A DNA stretch of 41,039 nucleotides from Thermoplasmatota archaeon (GTDB taxonomy: Archaea > Thermoplasmatota > E2 > DHVEG-1). The DNA lies in contig JAVYLV010000004.1 of the NCBI GenBank assembly GCA_038740425.1, forward strand, positions 1 through 41,039, given 5' to 3'. Shown piece by piece: positions 19,514 through 29,699 of the stretch (positions within the stretch are counted from its first letter, which is position 1; every line of letters begins with the position of its first letter). The notes below the pieces were generated by a model that had not been told where the DNA came from, searched no databases, and worked only from the letters and a program-made list of their open reading frames with translations. A program made the translations under genes and the position numbers.

Positions 19514-19552
19514 TATCAATCCAATTTTAGTTAGTATAATAGAGGATTGATA
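19514..19552. terminator. inverted repeat between convergent genes
   Basis: TATCAATCC (19514-19522) / GGATTGATA (19544-19552), 21-nt loop, between the hydrolase and hsp20 stop codons. Confidence 0.3.
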
Positions 19553-19571
19553 GACCTTGAAGAGAAATATA

Positions 19572-20126
19572 TTATTCTATATTTACTTTATAACCTTCAT
19601 CCCCTCGTTTCTTCTCTTTCCTCTGTATAATAACATCCAAAACACCGTTCTTATACGTAGCCTTAGTTGTCTTTGGTTTAACACCACAAGGTAGCTCTAC
19701 TACCTTATGATACTTACGCTGAGGTGTATCAACCTTTATCTCCAATGTATTCTCTGTCGCCTTCAAATCTATATCCTCTTTCTCAACACCTGGTAGCTCA
19801 ACAGTTATAGCTACATCCTCATCACCCTCTATAACATCGGTTAATGGCTCGCGTTCATCAGATATAACAGGCAGACCATCCTGTGTTTTAACAGCTTTAT
19901 TACCGAATTCTGTTATGCGTGGTTTACCATCAGACCCGATATTTATCTTGAACCCGTGTATTATAGGTTTACCAGGTTCGAATTTAGAGGGAAAACCACC
20001 AGATCTGAACATGTCCTCTATCATTCTACGAGCTTCTTCGAATATACGTTCAAAATCATCCTCATCTATATCAAAGAAGTCGAAAGGCTTCTTCTTGCGT
20101 TTCTCACGGTCATCATCAAAATCCAT
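19572..20126 (-). CDS. hsp20: archaeal small heat shock protein Hsp20
   Basis: EPLTDVIE, VELPGVEKEDI, ATYKNGVLDV alpha-crystallin motifs; GF.INIGSDGKP..EFGN archaeal N-terminal signature. Confidence 0.93.
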   Translation of the reverse strand: MDFDDDREKRKKKPFDFFDIDEDDFERIFEEARRMIEDMFRSGGFPSKFEPGKPIIHGFKINIGSDGKPRITEFGNKAVKTQDGLPVISDEREPLTDVIEGDEDVAITVELPGVEKEDIDLKATENTLEIKVDTPQRKYHKVVELPCGVKPKTTKATYKNGVLDVIIQRKEKKRGDEGYKVNIE

Positions 20127-20197
20127 TTATATCTAATCCTCCGATTCATCTTTTTTTATTATCCTTATACCTACTTGTCATATCCTATATTTAAACA

Positions 20198-21307
20198 TTA
20201 TTGTTTTTTAAGCTCTGATCTTAGCTCCTCCAGGAGTTGCCTAGCCTTTCTACTTAGATGCTTAGGTGTAACTATATTAACCTGGATGTATAAATCACCA
20301 TATCCTCTACCATGTAGATCAGGCATACCTTTACCTTTCACTCTGATCATATCGCCATTCTGTGAACCTTCTGGTATATTAACATGTGTTAATCCTCCAT
20401 CTATTGTCTCTACAGGTACTACTCCTCCTAGAGCTGCATCAGGGTATAACACATCTAACCTGTAGTATAAGTCTCTTCCTCTCCGTTCAAACTTTGGATG
20501 ATTCTTCATATGGATGAAGACATAGAGATCACCTCTATAACCTTCTTTTCCTTCACCTTCACCTGGTAGCCGGAGTTGGGAACCATCATCAACCCCGCGG
20601 GGTATCGTCAGCTCTATGATACGACTCATCTGTATAACACCTCTACCTCTACATGCCTGACAGTATTCATCTATAACACTACCTTCACCACGGCATCTGG
20701 AACAACCTGTCACCTGTGTTATTATACCGAACGCTGTACGTTGTGTGCGCCTTATCTGACCTGTGCCATCACAATCAGGGCATCTTCTTGGTTTTGTACC
20801 TGGTTTAGCTCCGCTCCCGTTACATGTATCACATGTCTCATTTCTAGGGATATTTATCTCTTTTTTTACACCTTGATACGCCTCTTCTAATGATATCTCA
20901 AGATCGTATCTTAGATCAAACCCTCTTTTAACATGACTTGTTTTTCTACCAGGGCTCGCTCTTCTGAAACCAAAGAATCTTTCAAATATATCATCGAATC
21001 CTCCGAAGTCAAAGTCAAAACCCATACCGCGGAATATATCACCGAAGTCAACATCTCTGAATATATCCTCCCTAGTGTATTGTTGATCTATACCAGCATG
21101 CCCGTACATATCATACATACGTCTCTTCTCGTCATCATAGAGTACAGCGTATGCTTCTGATATCTCCTTGAACTTTTCAGCTGCATCCTTATCAGGATTT
21201 TTATCAGGATGATACTTCAAAGCTAATCTTCTATATGCTTTCTTGATCTCCTCTTTAGTTGCATTACGATCAACACCTAGAATCTCGTAGTAGTCCCTTT
21301 TAGTCAT
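20198..21307 (-). CDS. dnaJ: molecular chaperone DnaJ (type I)
   Basis: J domain with HPD, G/F-rich region, four CxxCxGxG repeats, C-terminal domain. Confidence 0.96.
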   Translation of the reverse strand: MTKRDYYEILGVDRNATKEEIKKAYRRLALKYHPDKNPDKDAAEKFKEISEAYAVLYDDEKRRMYDMYGHAGIDQQYTREDIFRDVDFGDIFRGMGFDFDFGGFDDIFERFFGFRRASPGRKTSHVKRGFDLRYDLEISLEEAYQGVKKEINIPRNETCDTCNGSGAKPGTKPRRCPDCDGTGQIRRTQRTAFGIITQVTGCSRCRGEGSVIDEYCQACRGRGVIQMSRIIELTIPRGVDDGSQLRLPGEGEGKEGYRGDLYVFIHMKNHPKFERRGRDLYYRLDVLYPDAALGGVVPVETIDGGLTHVNIPEGSQNGDMIRVKGKGMPDLHGRGYGDLYIQVNIVTPKHLSRKARQLLEELRSELKKQ

Positions 21308-21449
21308 TGTATCTCCCGTGATTTCAGAATAAAGAAGTATTATATCTTTTTTACTTAGAACCTACGTAGATATAAATGAGTTATTCTAATATAAGTAAAA
21401 GAGGGTGATTAATAAGATATCATCCAAACTTCAGAATTTTAAAATGAAT

Positions 21450-22187
21450 TTATACACCCTGGCTGAGAAAGAACCGCATTATGAATGTAAGTATATCACC
21501 CAGGGTAAAAGTTATAACAAAACCTATCAGTAAAGGTATCATGAACGGTATCTTAGGTGTAACCCATATTCTCTCTACGCCCAACTCTTTGAATTTATTA
21601 AATATTTCTTCTTCATCCTCATCTCTAGGTGTACGTGAGAATTTTGTTTTTCCATCAACTATATGCTCCATAGGCCAGACAAAACTAACCCTAGCTTTAT
21701 CTAAACTCATTTTATAACCTAGTAAACAATGAGGAAATTTGATATCCCTACGTGTAAGATTATACAACAATAAAGTAACAGGTATCACTAGGAAGAGTAT
21801 AACAGAGTTAGCAAATATTGACCATACAGCAGGCATAAATGTCACACCCCATAACGGTAAACCATCCATAACAGGTTGTATGGGGACTAGTATAGCTAAA
21901 GCCATAAGTGCTTTAGCATCAGCACCACCTACTAAAAGTCTTAACTGATACATCAGATAAAAGAAACCTATCATGACAGGGATGAATATTAGATAATAAT
22001 AATTATCAAAACCTAATAGTAGGTAATGAATAACCAATAGAACCCCACCTGTTATACCCATTATAACCCATAGATAATTAGCAGCTCTTCTAGTTTTTAT
22101 ATCAGTATAGGATGCATATAATAATATAACTACACCTATTATGAATCTTAAACCATCAATTATAGTCTGGATCTCACCCTCATTCAT
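21450..22187 (-). CDS. A24 prepilin/prearchaellin peptidase (PibD/FlaK family)
   Basis: ASYTDIKTR and GGADAK catalytic Asp motifs, multiple TM helices, C-terminal WVTPKIPF. Confidence 0.9.
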   Translation of the reverse strand: MNEGEIQTIIDGLRFIIGVVILLYASYTDIKTRRAANYLWVIMGITGGVLLVIHYLLLGFDNYYYLIFIPVMIGFFYLMYQLRLLVGGADAKALMALAILVPIQPVMDGLPLWGVTFMPAVWSIFANSVILFLVIPVTLLLYNLTRRDIKFPHCLLGYKMSLDKARVSFVWPMEHIVDGKTKFSRTPRDEDEEEIFNKFKELGVERIWVTPKIPFMIPLLIGFVITFTLGDILTFIMRFFLSQGV

Positions 22188-22396
22188 AGAAGAGAGGTAT
22201 CATCGAAGAGGGATATTAAACTTATAGTAAAATTTTTATCATATCTTGTGAGGCGCTAACAGATTTTAAAATTATTAATCCTTAATCATCGATCAGATAA
22301 CCACCCCCAGGATTTAGAGAAAAATATAAATATAAGTTATTTTATTCCTCTTAAAAAGATATCGAAAGGTTTAAAAACATTTCGGGTGAATTTTTT

Positions 22397-23353
22397 ATGA
22401 TTCCAACACAAAGTAAAAAGAAAAAAGACAAACATCAAAGTGTAGAAGAGATCATACAATGCCCTGAATGCGGCAGTACTCATCTAAGCAAGGATTACTC
22501 TAGAGCCGAGATTGTATGCGAAGACTGTGGACTCGTCCTAGATGAAGATTTAATAGATCATGGGCCTGAATGGCGAGCATTTGACAGTGATCAAAGAGAG
22601 AAACGAGCTCGTGTCGGAGCACCAATGACATATACTATACATGATAAAGGTTTAAGCACAGTTATAGGTTGGAAGAACAGAGATTCCTACGGTAAATCAA
22701 TACCCACTCGAAATCGTGCTCAGTTATACCGTCTAAGGAAATGGCAACGTAGAATACGCATTAGTGATGCTACTGAGCGGAACCTCGCTTTTGCTCTATC
22801 TGAATTAGACCGTATGGCCTCTGGTATGGGTCTGCCAAGAACTGTTAGAGAGACAGCTGCTATGATATACCGTAAAGCAGTACTTAAAAACCTGATAAGA
22901 GGGAGAAGCATAGAAGGTGTATCAGCATCAGCATTATATGCAGCATGTCGTCAATGCAACGTACCGAGAACATTAGATGAGATCGCTGAGTCTTCACGAG
23001 TATCAAGAAAAGAGATAGGTCGTACATATCGATTCATAGCTAGAGAACTTGGTTTAAAACTAATGCCTACCTCCCCACAAGATTACATCTCAAGATTCTG
23101 CAGTGAGCTTAAACTCAGTGGTGATGTTCAAGCTAAAGCTATAGAAATTCTTAAGGATGCTGCGGATAAAGAGCTTACAAGTGGTCGCGGTCCAACGGGT
23201 GTAGCTGCAGCTTCTATATATATAGCGTCCATACTGTGTGGTGAAAGAAGAACGCAGAGAGAGGTAGCTGATGTGGCTGGTGTAACTGAGGTTACTATCA
23301 GGAATAGGTATAAGGAGTTAGCTGAACGCTTAGATATCGATATAATACTCTAA
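22397..23353 (+). CDS. tfb: transcription initiation factor IIB (TFB)
   Basis: Zn ribbon CPECG...CEDCG, GPEWRAF, two cyclin repeats, [12 protein letters not shown]. Confidence 0.97.
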   Translation: MIPTQSKKKKDKHQSVEEIIQCPECGSTHLSKDYSRAEIVCEDCGLVLDEDLIDHGPEWRAFDSDQREKRARVGAPMTYTIHDKGLSTVIGWKNRDSYGKSIPTRNRAQLYRLRKWQRRIRISDATERNLAFALSELDRMASGMGLPRTVRETAAMIYRKAVLKNLIRGRSIEGVSASALYAACRQCNVPRTLDEIAESSRVSRKEIGRTYRFIARELGLKLMPTSPQDYISRFCSELKLSGDVQAKAIEILKDAADKELTSGRGPTGVAAASIYIASILCGERRTQREVADVAGVTEVTIRNRYKELAERLDIDIIL

Positions 23354-23370
23354 AAATATAATCTCTTTTT

Positions 23371-23976
23371 ATGGTGACACGGTGGTATCAAGAAAGAAAA
23401 AATGAGTATTATTATAAAAAAGCTAAACAAGTGGGATACAGGGCTAGATCTGCTTTTAAATTAATCCAGATACAATATCGATTTCATATAATTAAACGCG
23501 GTGACATCGTTGTTGATCTAGGGGCGGCTCCAGGTGGATGGAGTCAAGTAGCGTATGAATTAGTGGGTAAAGATGGTTTAGTTATAAGTGTCGATATCTC
23601 AACGATGAAACCTTTGGATGGGGTTGTATTTATACAAGGTGATATGACTGATCCATCTACATTAGAGAGGATAAAAGATGAATTACCTGATGGAAAAGCT
23701 GACGTGATTATATCTGATATGTCGCCTGATATATCAGGGAGTTATTCTGTTGATCAAGCAAGAAGTGTTTATCTATGTGAACAGGCTTTTAAATGTGCTA
23801 TTCAAATACTGAAAAACCATGGGAATTTTATATGTAAGATATTTGAGGGTGAGGACACAAAGATTTTTCTTGATAATCTTAAAAAATATTTTAAACTGAT
23901 TAAATTGCATTCACCTGAGGCATCTAGGAAAAGTAGCTCTGAGATATATATAATATGTAAAGATTTTCAGGTTTAA
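23371..23976 (+). CDS. rlmE: 23S rRNA U2552 2'-O-methyltransferase RlmE/FtsJ
   Basis: GYRARSAFKL, DLGAAPGGWSQ, SDMSP, K-D-K-E tetrad, SSEIY. Confidence 0.94.
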   Translation: MVTRWYQERKNEYYYKKAKQVGYRARSAFKLIQIQYRFHIIKRGDIVVDLGAAPGGWSQVAYELVGKDGLVISVDISTMKPLDGVVFIQGDMTDPSTLERIKDELPDGKADVIISDMSPDISGSYSVDQARSVYLCEQAFKCAIQILKNHGNFICKIFEGEDTKIFLDNLKKYFKLIKLHSPEASRKSSSEIYIICKDFQV

Positions 23977-26673
23977 TTAATGGATCGTATTAGTGCTACT
24001 CAAACTTTTATGACAAGATTACTACCATCATCAAGTGTGATTGTCTTTCCATACTACTTAGTGCTGCTCAAACTAGTCATATTCTATCATGTCTTCCATG
24101 ACGCATATCGCCTTTCCATACTACTTAGTGCTGCTCAAACTTATTCACGGCCTCAGGTTCAAATACAACAGATATGTGCTTTCCATACTACTTAGTGCTG
24201 CTCAAACATATAACAGATGTTTACATGGTTACAGAACGATTAGACTTTCCATACTACTTAGTGCTGCTCAAACATATATTGCAGAAAAAGAAAACTTTTG
24301 TCTTGAGGACTTTCCATACTACTTAGTGCTGCTCAAACTAGTCATATTCTATCATGTCTTCCATGACGCATATTGCCTTTCCATACTACTTAGTGCTGCT
24401 CAAACTAAATCCATCTATTCATTGTATTTGTATCATCACTTACTTTCCATACTACTTAGTGCTGCTCAAACATGGATATTTACAGTGTTTCAATGTTTAA
24501 CAAAAATCTCTTTCCATACTACTTAGTGCTGCTCAAACTCTGTCTCGTTCTCCCTGCCACTGTGTCCCATGTATCTTTCCATACTACTTAGTGCTGCTCA
24601 AACGGTTATGATGTTAAAAATCTATCTCTTGATGATATTCCTTTCCATACTACTTAGTGCTGCTCAAACATGAATTTTATAATTTACCTTCAAAAACTCC
24701 TATTGATCCTTTCCATACTACTTAGTGCTGCTCAAACAATGAATATATCTTTTTGTGGCAAAGAATGTATATTAACTTTCCATACTACTTAGTGCTGCTC
24801 AAACGATATTTCAGTATACTTTCAACATCAAAACCAAGATTACTTTCCATACTACTTAGTGCTGCTCAAACCAAAAAAGGATATATCAAACATGCTAAAG
24901 AATATGATACTTTCCATACTACTTAGTGCTGCTCAAACACTGTAACGGGTGGTTATATTGTAGATGTATATGACAGCTTTCCATACTACTTAGTGCTGCT
25001 CAAACGATTATGAATTTGTGGATGGTATAGTTGTCTATGACAACTTTCCATACTACTTAGTGCTGCTCAAACTCTTCTGTGTAGTAATTATCTTTTTCAA
25101 ATTTAACAGTCTTTCCATACTACTTAGTGCTGCTCAAACATCAAAAATCACTCGAGGAGACTTACCCGCATAAGCACTTTCCATACTACTTAGTGCTGCT
25201 CAAACTACGACTATTTATATAGAAGAAGATCTTATTAGTCTTGTCTTTCCATACTACTTAGTGCTGCTCAAACTCGCATATAGAGTTATTGATGACAAAC
25301 CAACTTTGTTCTTTCCATACTACTTAGTGCTGCTCAAACTTTTTGTGTTTTCTTTATAGTATCCCACTTTTGCAAACTTTCCATACTACTTAGTGCTGCT
25401 CAAACAAATAGCGAAAAGGAGGGTTTAATGATGGGTTTTTTAGACTTTCCATACTACTTAGTGCTGCTCAAACACTATCTTTTCAAGACGACGATAACTG
25501 ACTTTATCCCTCTTTCCATACTACTTAGTGCTGCTCAAACACTTTTTTATTATCTGAACGCTTAGAAACTGTTATTACTTTCCATACTACTTAGTGCTGC
25601 TCAAACACTTTTTTATTATCTGAACGCTTAGAAACTGTTATTACTTTCCATACTACTTAGTGCTGCTCAAACGATTGTACTAATATATATTTATGTTGTG
25701 TTCCTGGAACCTTTCCATACTACTTAGTGCTGCTCAAACGATATATTGATGGTTTATTATTTCCTGAACTACGCCATCTTTCCATACTACTTAGTGCTGC
25801 TCAAACTATAAGATGTGGGAAATAGCAGGCAGGAGATTAGCGACTTTCCATACTACTTAGTGCTGCTCAAACTCTTCTGTGTAGTAATTATCTTTTTCAA
25901 ATTTAACAGTCTTTCCATACTACTTAGTGCTGCTCAAACATCAAAAATCACTCGAGGAGACTTACCCGCATAAGCACTTTCCATACTACTTAGTGCTGCT
26001 CAAACTCGCATATAGAGTTATTGATGACAAACCAACTTTGTTCTTTCCATACTACTTAGTGCTGCTCAAACACTTATGATTTTTATTTTTGACGGTATTA
26101 TATAACTGCTTTCCATACTACTTAGTGCTGCTCAAACATAACTATCTGTTTTGATTACTTCATTTAGATTAGTATGCTTTCCATACTACTTAGTGCTGCT
26201 CAAACTGTTTTGCTATCTCTTTTGCTATCTCTATCCTGTCAAACTTTCCATACTACTTAGTGCTGCTCAAACACGTTGCATATCCTCGAAGTTTTTATAT
26301 CCAATATTCCTACTTTCCATACTACTTAGTGCTGCTCAAACTACATCGAATGCAAGATTACAATTATATAATGCTGTCTTTCCATACTACTTAGTGCTGC
26401 TCAAACAAAAGATTTTCTGATGGATGTAATTGTGATATTTTTATCTTTCCATACTACTTAGTGCTGCTCAAACTGTTATAGAAACTGAATACTACTACAG
26501 AACGATTAATCTTTCCATACTACTTAGTGCTGCTCAAACTTTATTATACAAAATTTTATATACTGGTTTATTGTTATCTTTCCATACTACTTAGTGCTGC
26601 TCAAACATGAAGTATCTCTTTCCAGGTTAATCTCCTCTTATTCTCTTTCCATACTACTTAGTGCTGCTCAAAC
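23977..26673 (-). CRISPR. CRISPR array: 40 identical 29-bp repeats plus one degenerate trailer repeat, 40 spacers of 36-40 bp
   Basis: Repeat GTTTGAGCAGCACTAAGTAGTATGGAAAG (minus strand); first full copy 24045-24073, last 26645-26673; degenerate copy ending 24005. Orientation from the GAAAG 3' end, leader next to cas2 and decayed distal repeat. Confidence 0.98.
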
Positions 26674-26777
26674 CCGGCAAAAAGTTCAGATCTTTTCTTC
26701 ATATCCGATCTTTTACAAATGTAATATTTTTCAAGTCAACCTCTAATACGGTATTTTATATATAAAGGTTGACTAGT
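26674..26777 (-). promoter_or_regulatory. CRISPR leader
   Basis: 104-bp AT-rich region with TTTATATATAAA TATA-like box bracketed by inverted repeat AGTCAACCT/AGGTTGACT. Confidence 0.85.
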
Positions 26778-27041
26778 CTACAAGATCCTTTCTGTCGGAT
26801 TTTTTTCTATTCCTATGATTTCTACCTCCAAGCTTTTTTTGCTATGGAGTTTGTATATATGCACTGAATCCGTCTGGTCATTGATGATTTCCTTGATACC
26901 TGTTTTAATTTTTTCTAATTGCGATACAGATAATTCTCCTTCAAATACTGAATTTTGTCTCCAATTTAGATAACATTTCAGGAATTTATTAAGACGATTA
27001 ACTATACTCACATCGACATCATACACAATTAAGACATACAA
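26778..27041 (-). CDS. cas2: CRISPR-associated endonuclease Cas2
   Basis: MYVLIVYDV, QNSVFEGEL, DSV motifs; 87 aa. Confidence 0.96.
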   Translation of the reverse strand: MYVLIVYDVDVSIVNRLNKFLKCYLNWRQNSVFEGELSVSQLEKIKTGIKEIINDQTDSVHIYKLHSKKSLEVEIIGIEKNPTERIL

Positions 27042-27044
27042 TTT

Positions 27045-28019
27045 TTACCACCACATCTTAAAACTCAGATAGTGTTTGTCTCCAAGAATATGTTTGATCA
27101 ATTTATAACATTCTAAACGAATAAGGTATCGATAAGAAACTTTTTTCTTCAGATCGGGATGATTCATTGTGGTATTCAATTTATCTTGATATTCTTTTAT
27201 AAAGAGTCGTTTTCCTTTCTCTTTTAGCAAAACACCGACATCATGTTCAAAATCTTCCTCAGAAAGCATGTTATTGTTCACTAGAGTAAAAATCACACGT
27301 TCGACAATAACCGGTTTGAATATATCTGCCATATCCAAAGCGAGCGAGAATCTCCGTTCCGATGGTTCATGAAGAAAACTGATTGAAGGATGAAGGTACG
27401 TATTGTATATTTCAGAAAGTGCTGTTGAATAGAGAAGGGAATTACCAAATGATATCAGCGCGTTCATCTCATTATTTGGTGGCTGAATCTTTCGAGTATC
27501 CATTTCAAATGTATCAATGATTTTGCTGAAACTTTTATAATAAGTCGCCCATATTCTTCCTTCACTGCTCATTATGGTAGGAATATCTCCATGAGGCGCC
27601 TCGCTTTCTATCTCTTTAATAAACCCATCAACGTTTTTTCCTCGTTTCCGGTAATATCTCAATGTTTGGAGAATGTTGTGCTTTGCTCCGTTAACCATTT
27701 CTATTGCAATTTCTGCCCTCTTAACAGGGTCAAGATAATGTTCTACTTGTTTTACAATTACTAGACCGGAATTCAGTTGAACCTTTGGATACAGCGATCC
27801 TTCATAATATCCATACTTATTGAAATAATGGACTGGGATACCTGTCTTCATCAGAAGTGATATAGCACCAGATCGAAGCGAGACTTTACCATAGCAATAG
27901 ACATCGGATGTATTTTCTATAGGTAGTGCTTTTTTGCCTATTTCCTCATTCATAAAATATAGCGTATTTCCACTTCTGACAAGCACTCCTTCTGATGTTA
28001 TATACAATGGTTCTTTCAT
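27045..28019 (-). CDS. cas1: type I-B Cas1
   Basis: Start reassigned to ATG 28019 (MKEPLYITSEG) after GGAGGAG RBS; NALISFGNSLLY, FLHEP, SLALDMADIFKP, C-terminal FKMWW. Confidence 0.96.
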   Translation of the reverse strand: MKEPLYITSEGVLVRSGNTLYFMNEEIGKKALPIENTSDVYCYGKVSLRSGAISLLMKTGIPVHYFNKYGYYEGSLYPKVQLNSGLVIVKQVEHYLDPVKRAEIAIEMVNGAKHNILQTLRYYRKRGKNVDGFIKEIESEAPHGDIPTIMSSEGRIWATYYKSFSKIIDTFEMDTRKIQPPNNEMNALISFGNSLLYSTALSEIYNTYLHPSISFLHEPSERRFSLALDMADIFKPVIVERVIFTLVNNNMLSEEDFEHDVGVLLKEKGKRLFIKEYQDKLNTTMNHPDLKKKVSYRYLIRLECYKLIKHILGDKHYLSFKMWW

Positions 28020-28029
28020 ATCTCCTCCT

Positions 28030-28518
28030 CTACACCATACAGAGTTCATAATAGGTGCATCGTTTACAATACGGTTTTTTCTGTGCATCAGGGGGCACTG
28101 GTTGTGCAATAATCAACGGTATATCACAAACGATGTTAGATATTTCCTTCTCAATTTTTGGCGTCAATCTGAGTTCCTCTCTCTTCTTCTCCCTTGGGTA
28201 CACTAATATCCCTTTTGCCTCGATCCCCATCTTTTTTACATACCATAAATAATAATACAACTGATACCGCACCGGTTCTACGAGTTTACTCGATTTCTTA
28301 ATCTCGTAAATCCTCGGTTCGCCATCTTCTTCAACGAAATCGAATGATACATCTCCAAGATTGATGTTCTTCTTTTCTCGACTAAAACTTTTATCATGGA
28401 TCAACCTGCCAACAGCAATATCATCGCTTTCATAATCCATATTTATCTGATGAGCGAAAAACCAAAGTTCTCGCTTGCACGCTTTGTAATATTGAACCAT
28501 GACACCAGTGATGTTCAT
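28030..28518 (-). CDS. cas4: Cas4 exonuclease
   Basis: Start reassigned to ATG 28518 (MNITG); CKRELW, GRLIH, D...EIKKS, QLYYY, C-terminal CxxCxYxxxC. Confidence 0.95.
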   Translation of the reverse strand: MNITGVMVQYYKACKRELWFFAHQINMDYESDDIAVGRLIHDKSFSREKKNINLGDVSFDFVEEDGEPRIYEIKKSSKLVEPVRYQLYYYLWYVKKMGIEAKGILVYPREKKREELRLTPKIEKEISNIVCDIPLIIAQPVPPDAQKKPYCKRCTYYELCMV

Positions 28519-28519
28519 A

Positions 28520-29051
28520 TTACTTCCCAAGTATATCCAAGGTTTTGTTTACAAAATCAATAGCTTTTTTCTTTATCATCTAGACCTTCTTTCTTTTCAT
28601 ATGATGTTTTAATCGTATAGCTTGCTTCCTCTCTTTTTACCTTCAAAAAATTGTAACTGAACAACAAGTCTCTATCGACCGTTTTCTTATGAAGTTCATC
28701 AAAAAAATTCATCTCGTCTTTATCAAACAGGGGATAATAAAACTTTATCAGCAATAACAATGTAGCAGTGTGATTTTTTGAATAGAATCCTTTGTTCAGG
28801 ATCAATGCAAAAGATGCCTGATAGACCGCATAGTAATAGGCAGTGATGACCCAGTCTGAATACCCACCCATATCCAATACTTTATATGCGAACATGAGGT
28901 TGTGTTCCATTTTCGCCAAGTGGCCCTGTATCTCCTCCTCACTCAGACGAGTTTTCTGGATTATCTTTTTTGAGACATAAAAGCGAAACTCTTTATCTAG
29001 AGATTGTTTGTCACATATCCATTGTTCAATTTTATCTTTCATAATTTTCAC
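28520..29051 (-). pseudogene. HEPN-domain protein, apparently +1 frameshifted near the C-terminus (ORF track stop 28557; restored stop 28520-28522)
   Basis: HLAKMEHNL..A, DWVITAYYYAVYQA..A, SKNH, REEASY; removing one base in the A6 run (28565-28570) gives ...DKEKAIDFVNKTLDILGK* ending 1 nt before the cas4 ATG. Confidence 0.75.
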
Positions 29052-29640
29052 TCATAAGTTCGTAAAAGTGTTCCTGTCCATGGACGGGAAAAACAAATTC
29101 CACTGCGCTTCTCACAGTAGAACCAGCACTCTTCAAATTCGCAATAAAATCTTCCTGAGAGAGTAGAAAGACCTGAAATTGCAGTCCTGCAACACTCTCG
29201 GCTTTAAGTCGAGCTTGTTCAATATCATCCTTAATCTTTTTTGTTATACTCTGATACACGACTAAAACATCTATGTCGCTCTTCGCGGTATACGATCCTT
29301 TGGCGGTTGATCCAAACAATAAAAGAAAATACGGTTTCATACTCAGTGATTCCAAAAAAATATTCAACGCTCGTTTTCTTCGCCCATTTAATTTTTCTAA
29401 TTTTTCAAGATCAAAAAATCCAAATACCTTCTGAGTTATGGGATTTTTTAGGTCAATAACGTATATTTTTGCATTCGCTTCATTTTTTTGTTTGAGCATC
29501 TTTTTTTCTTGGAGATTTCTCAGGATTTTCAAGATCGTTGGTTTGGAAACACCTGTTTTTCTGTACAACTCATTTAAATAGCCACTTTTCTGCTCGTAGA
29601 AAAATTTGATGATCGTCATGGTGTTTTTATCAAGTTCCAT
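29032..29640 (-). CDS. winged-HTH + minimal nucleotidyltransferase (MNT) antitoxin-like protein
   Basis: N-terminal HTH (YLNELYRKTGVSKPTILKIL); GS-X10-DxD motif (FGSTAKGSYTAKSDID); overlaps the HEPN start. Confidence 0.88.
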   Translation of the reverse strand: MELDKNTMTIIKFFYEQKSGYLNELYRKTGVSKPTILKILRNLQEKKMLKQKNEANAKIYVIDLKNPITQKVFGFFDLEKLEKLNGRRKRALNIFLESLSMKPYFLLLFGSTAKGSYTAKSDIDVLVVYQSITKKIKDDIEQARLKAESVAGLQFQVFLLSQEDFIANLKSAGSTVRSAVEFVFPVHGQEHFYELMSENYER

Positions 29641-29651
29641 ATAAAAAGATA

Positions 29652-29699
29652 TATCAGTTTAAAATTTAAACCTATCGGTTTAAATAAAAAACTGGTCTG
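29652..29699. promoter_or_regulatory. operator/promoter of the MNT-HEPN unit
   Basis: Perfect 9-bp-arm palindrome ATTTAAACC-TATC-GGTTTAAAT (29664-29685); direct repeats TATC(A/G)GTTTAAA at 29652 and 29673 (21 bp apart); TTTAAA TATA-like elements. Confidence 0.6.

Noticed and set aside
26206-26243. Spacer with tandem 12-mer TTTTGCTATCTC, antisense reading EIAKEIAK, reminiscent of a Cas1 helix
   Set aside because: A generic helical peptide repeat with no nucleotide match to the local cas1.
23980-26420. ORFs 23980-24195, 24089-24526 and 26151-26420
   Set aside because: Translations of CRISPR repeats and spacers (recurring FPYYLVLLK / LSILLSAAQT).
26607-26644. Self-targeting by the newest spacer (12-nt match GGAGATTAACCT to ~10498 in the ATPase gene)
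   Set aside because: Too short and flanks mismatch; expected by chance. No convincing in-window protospacer found for any spacer by eye.
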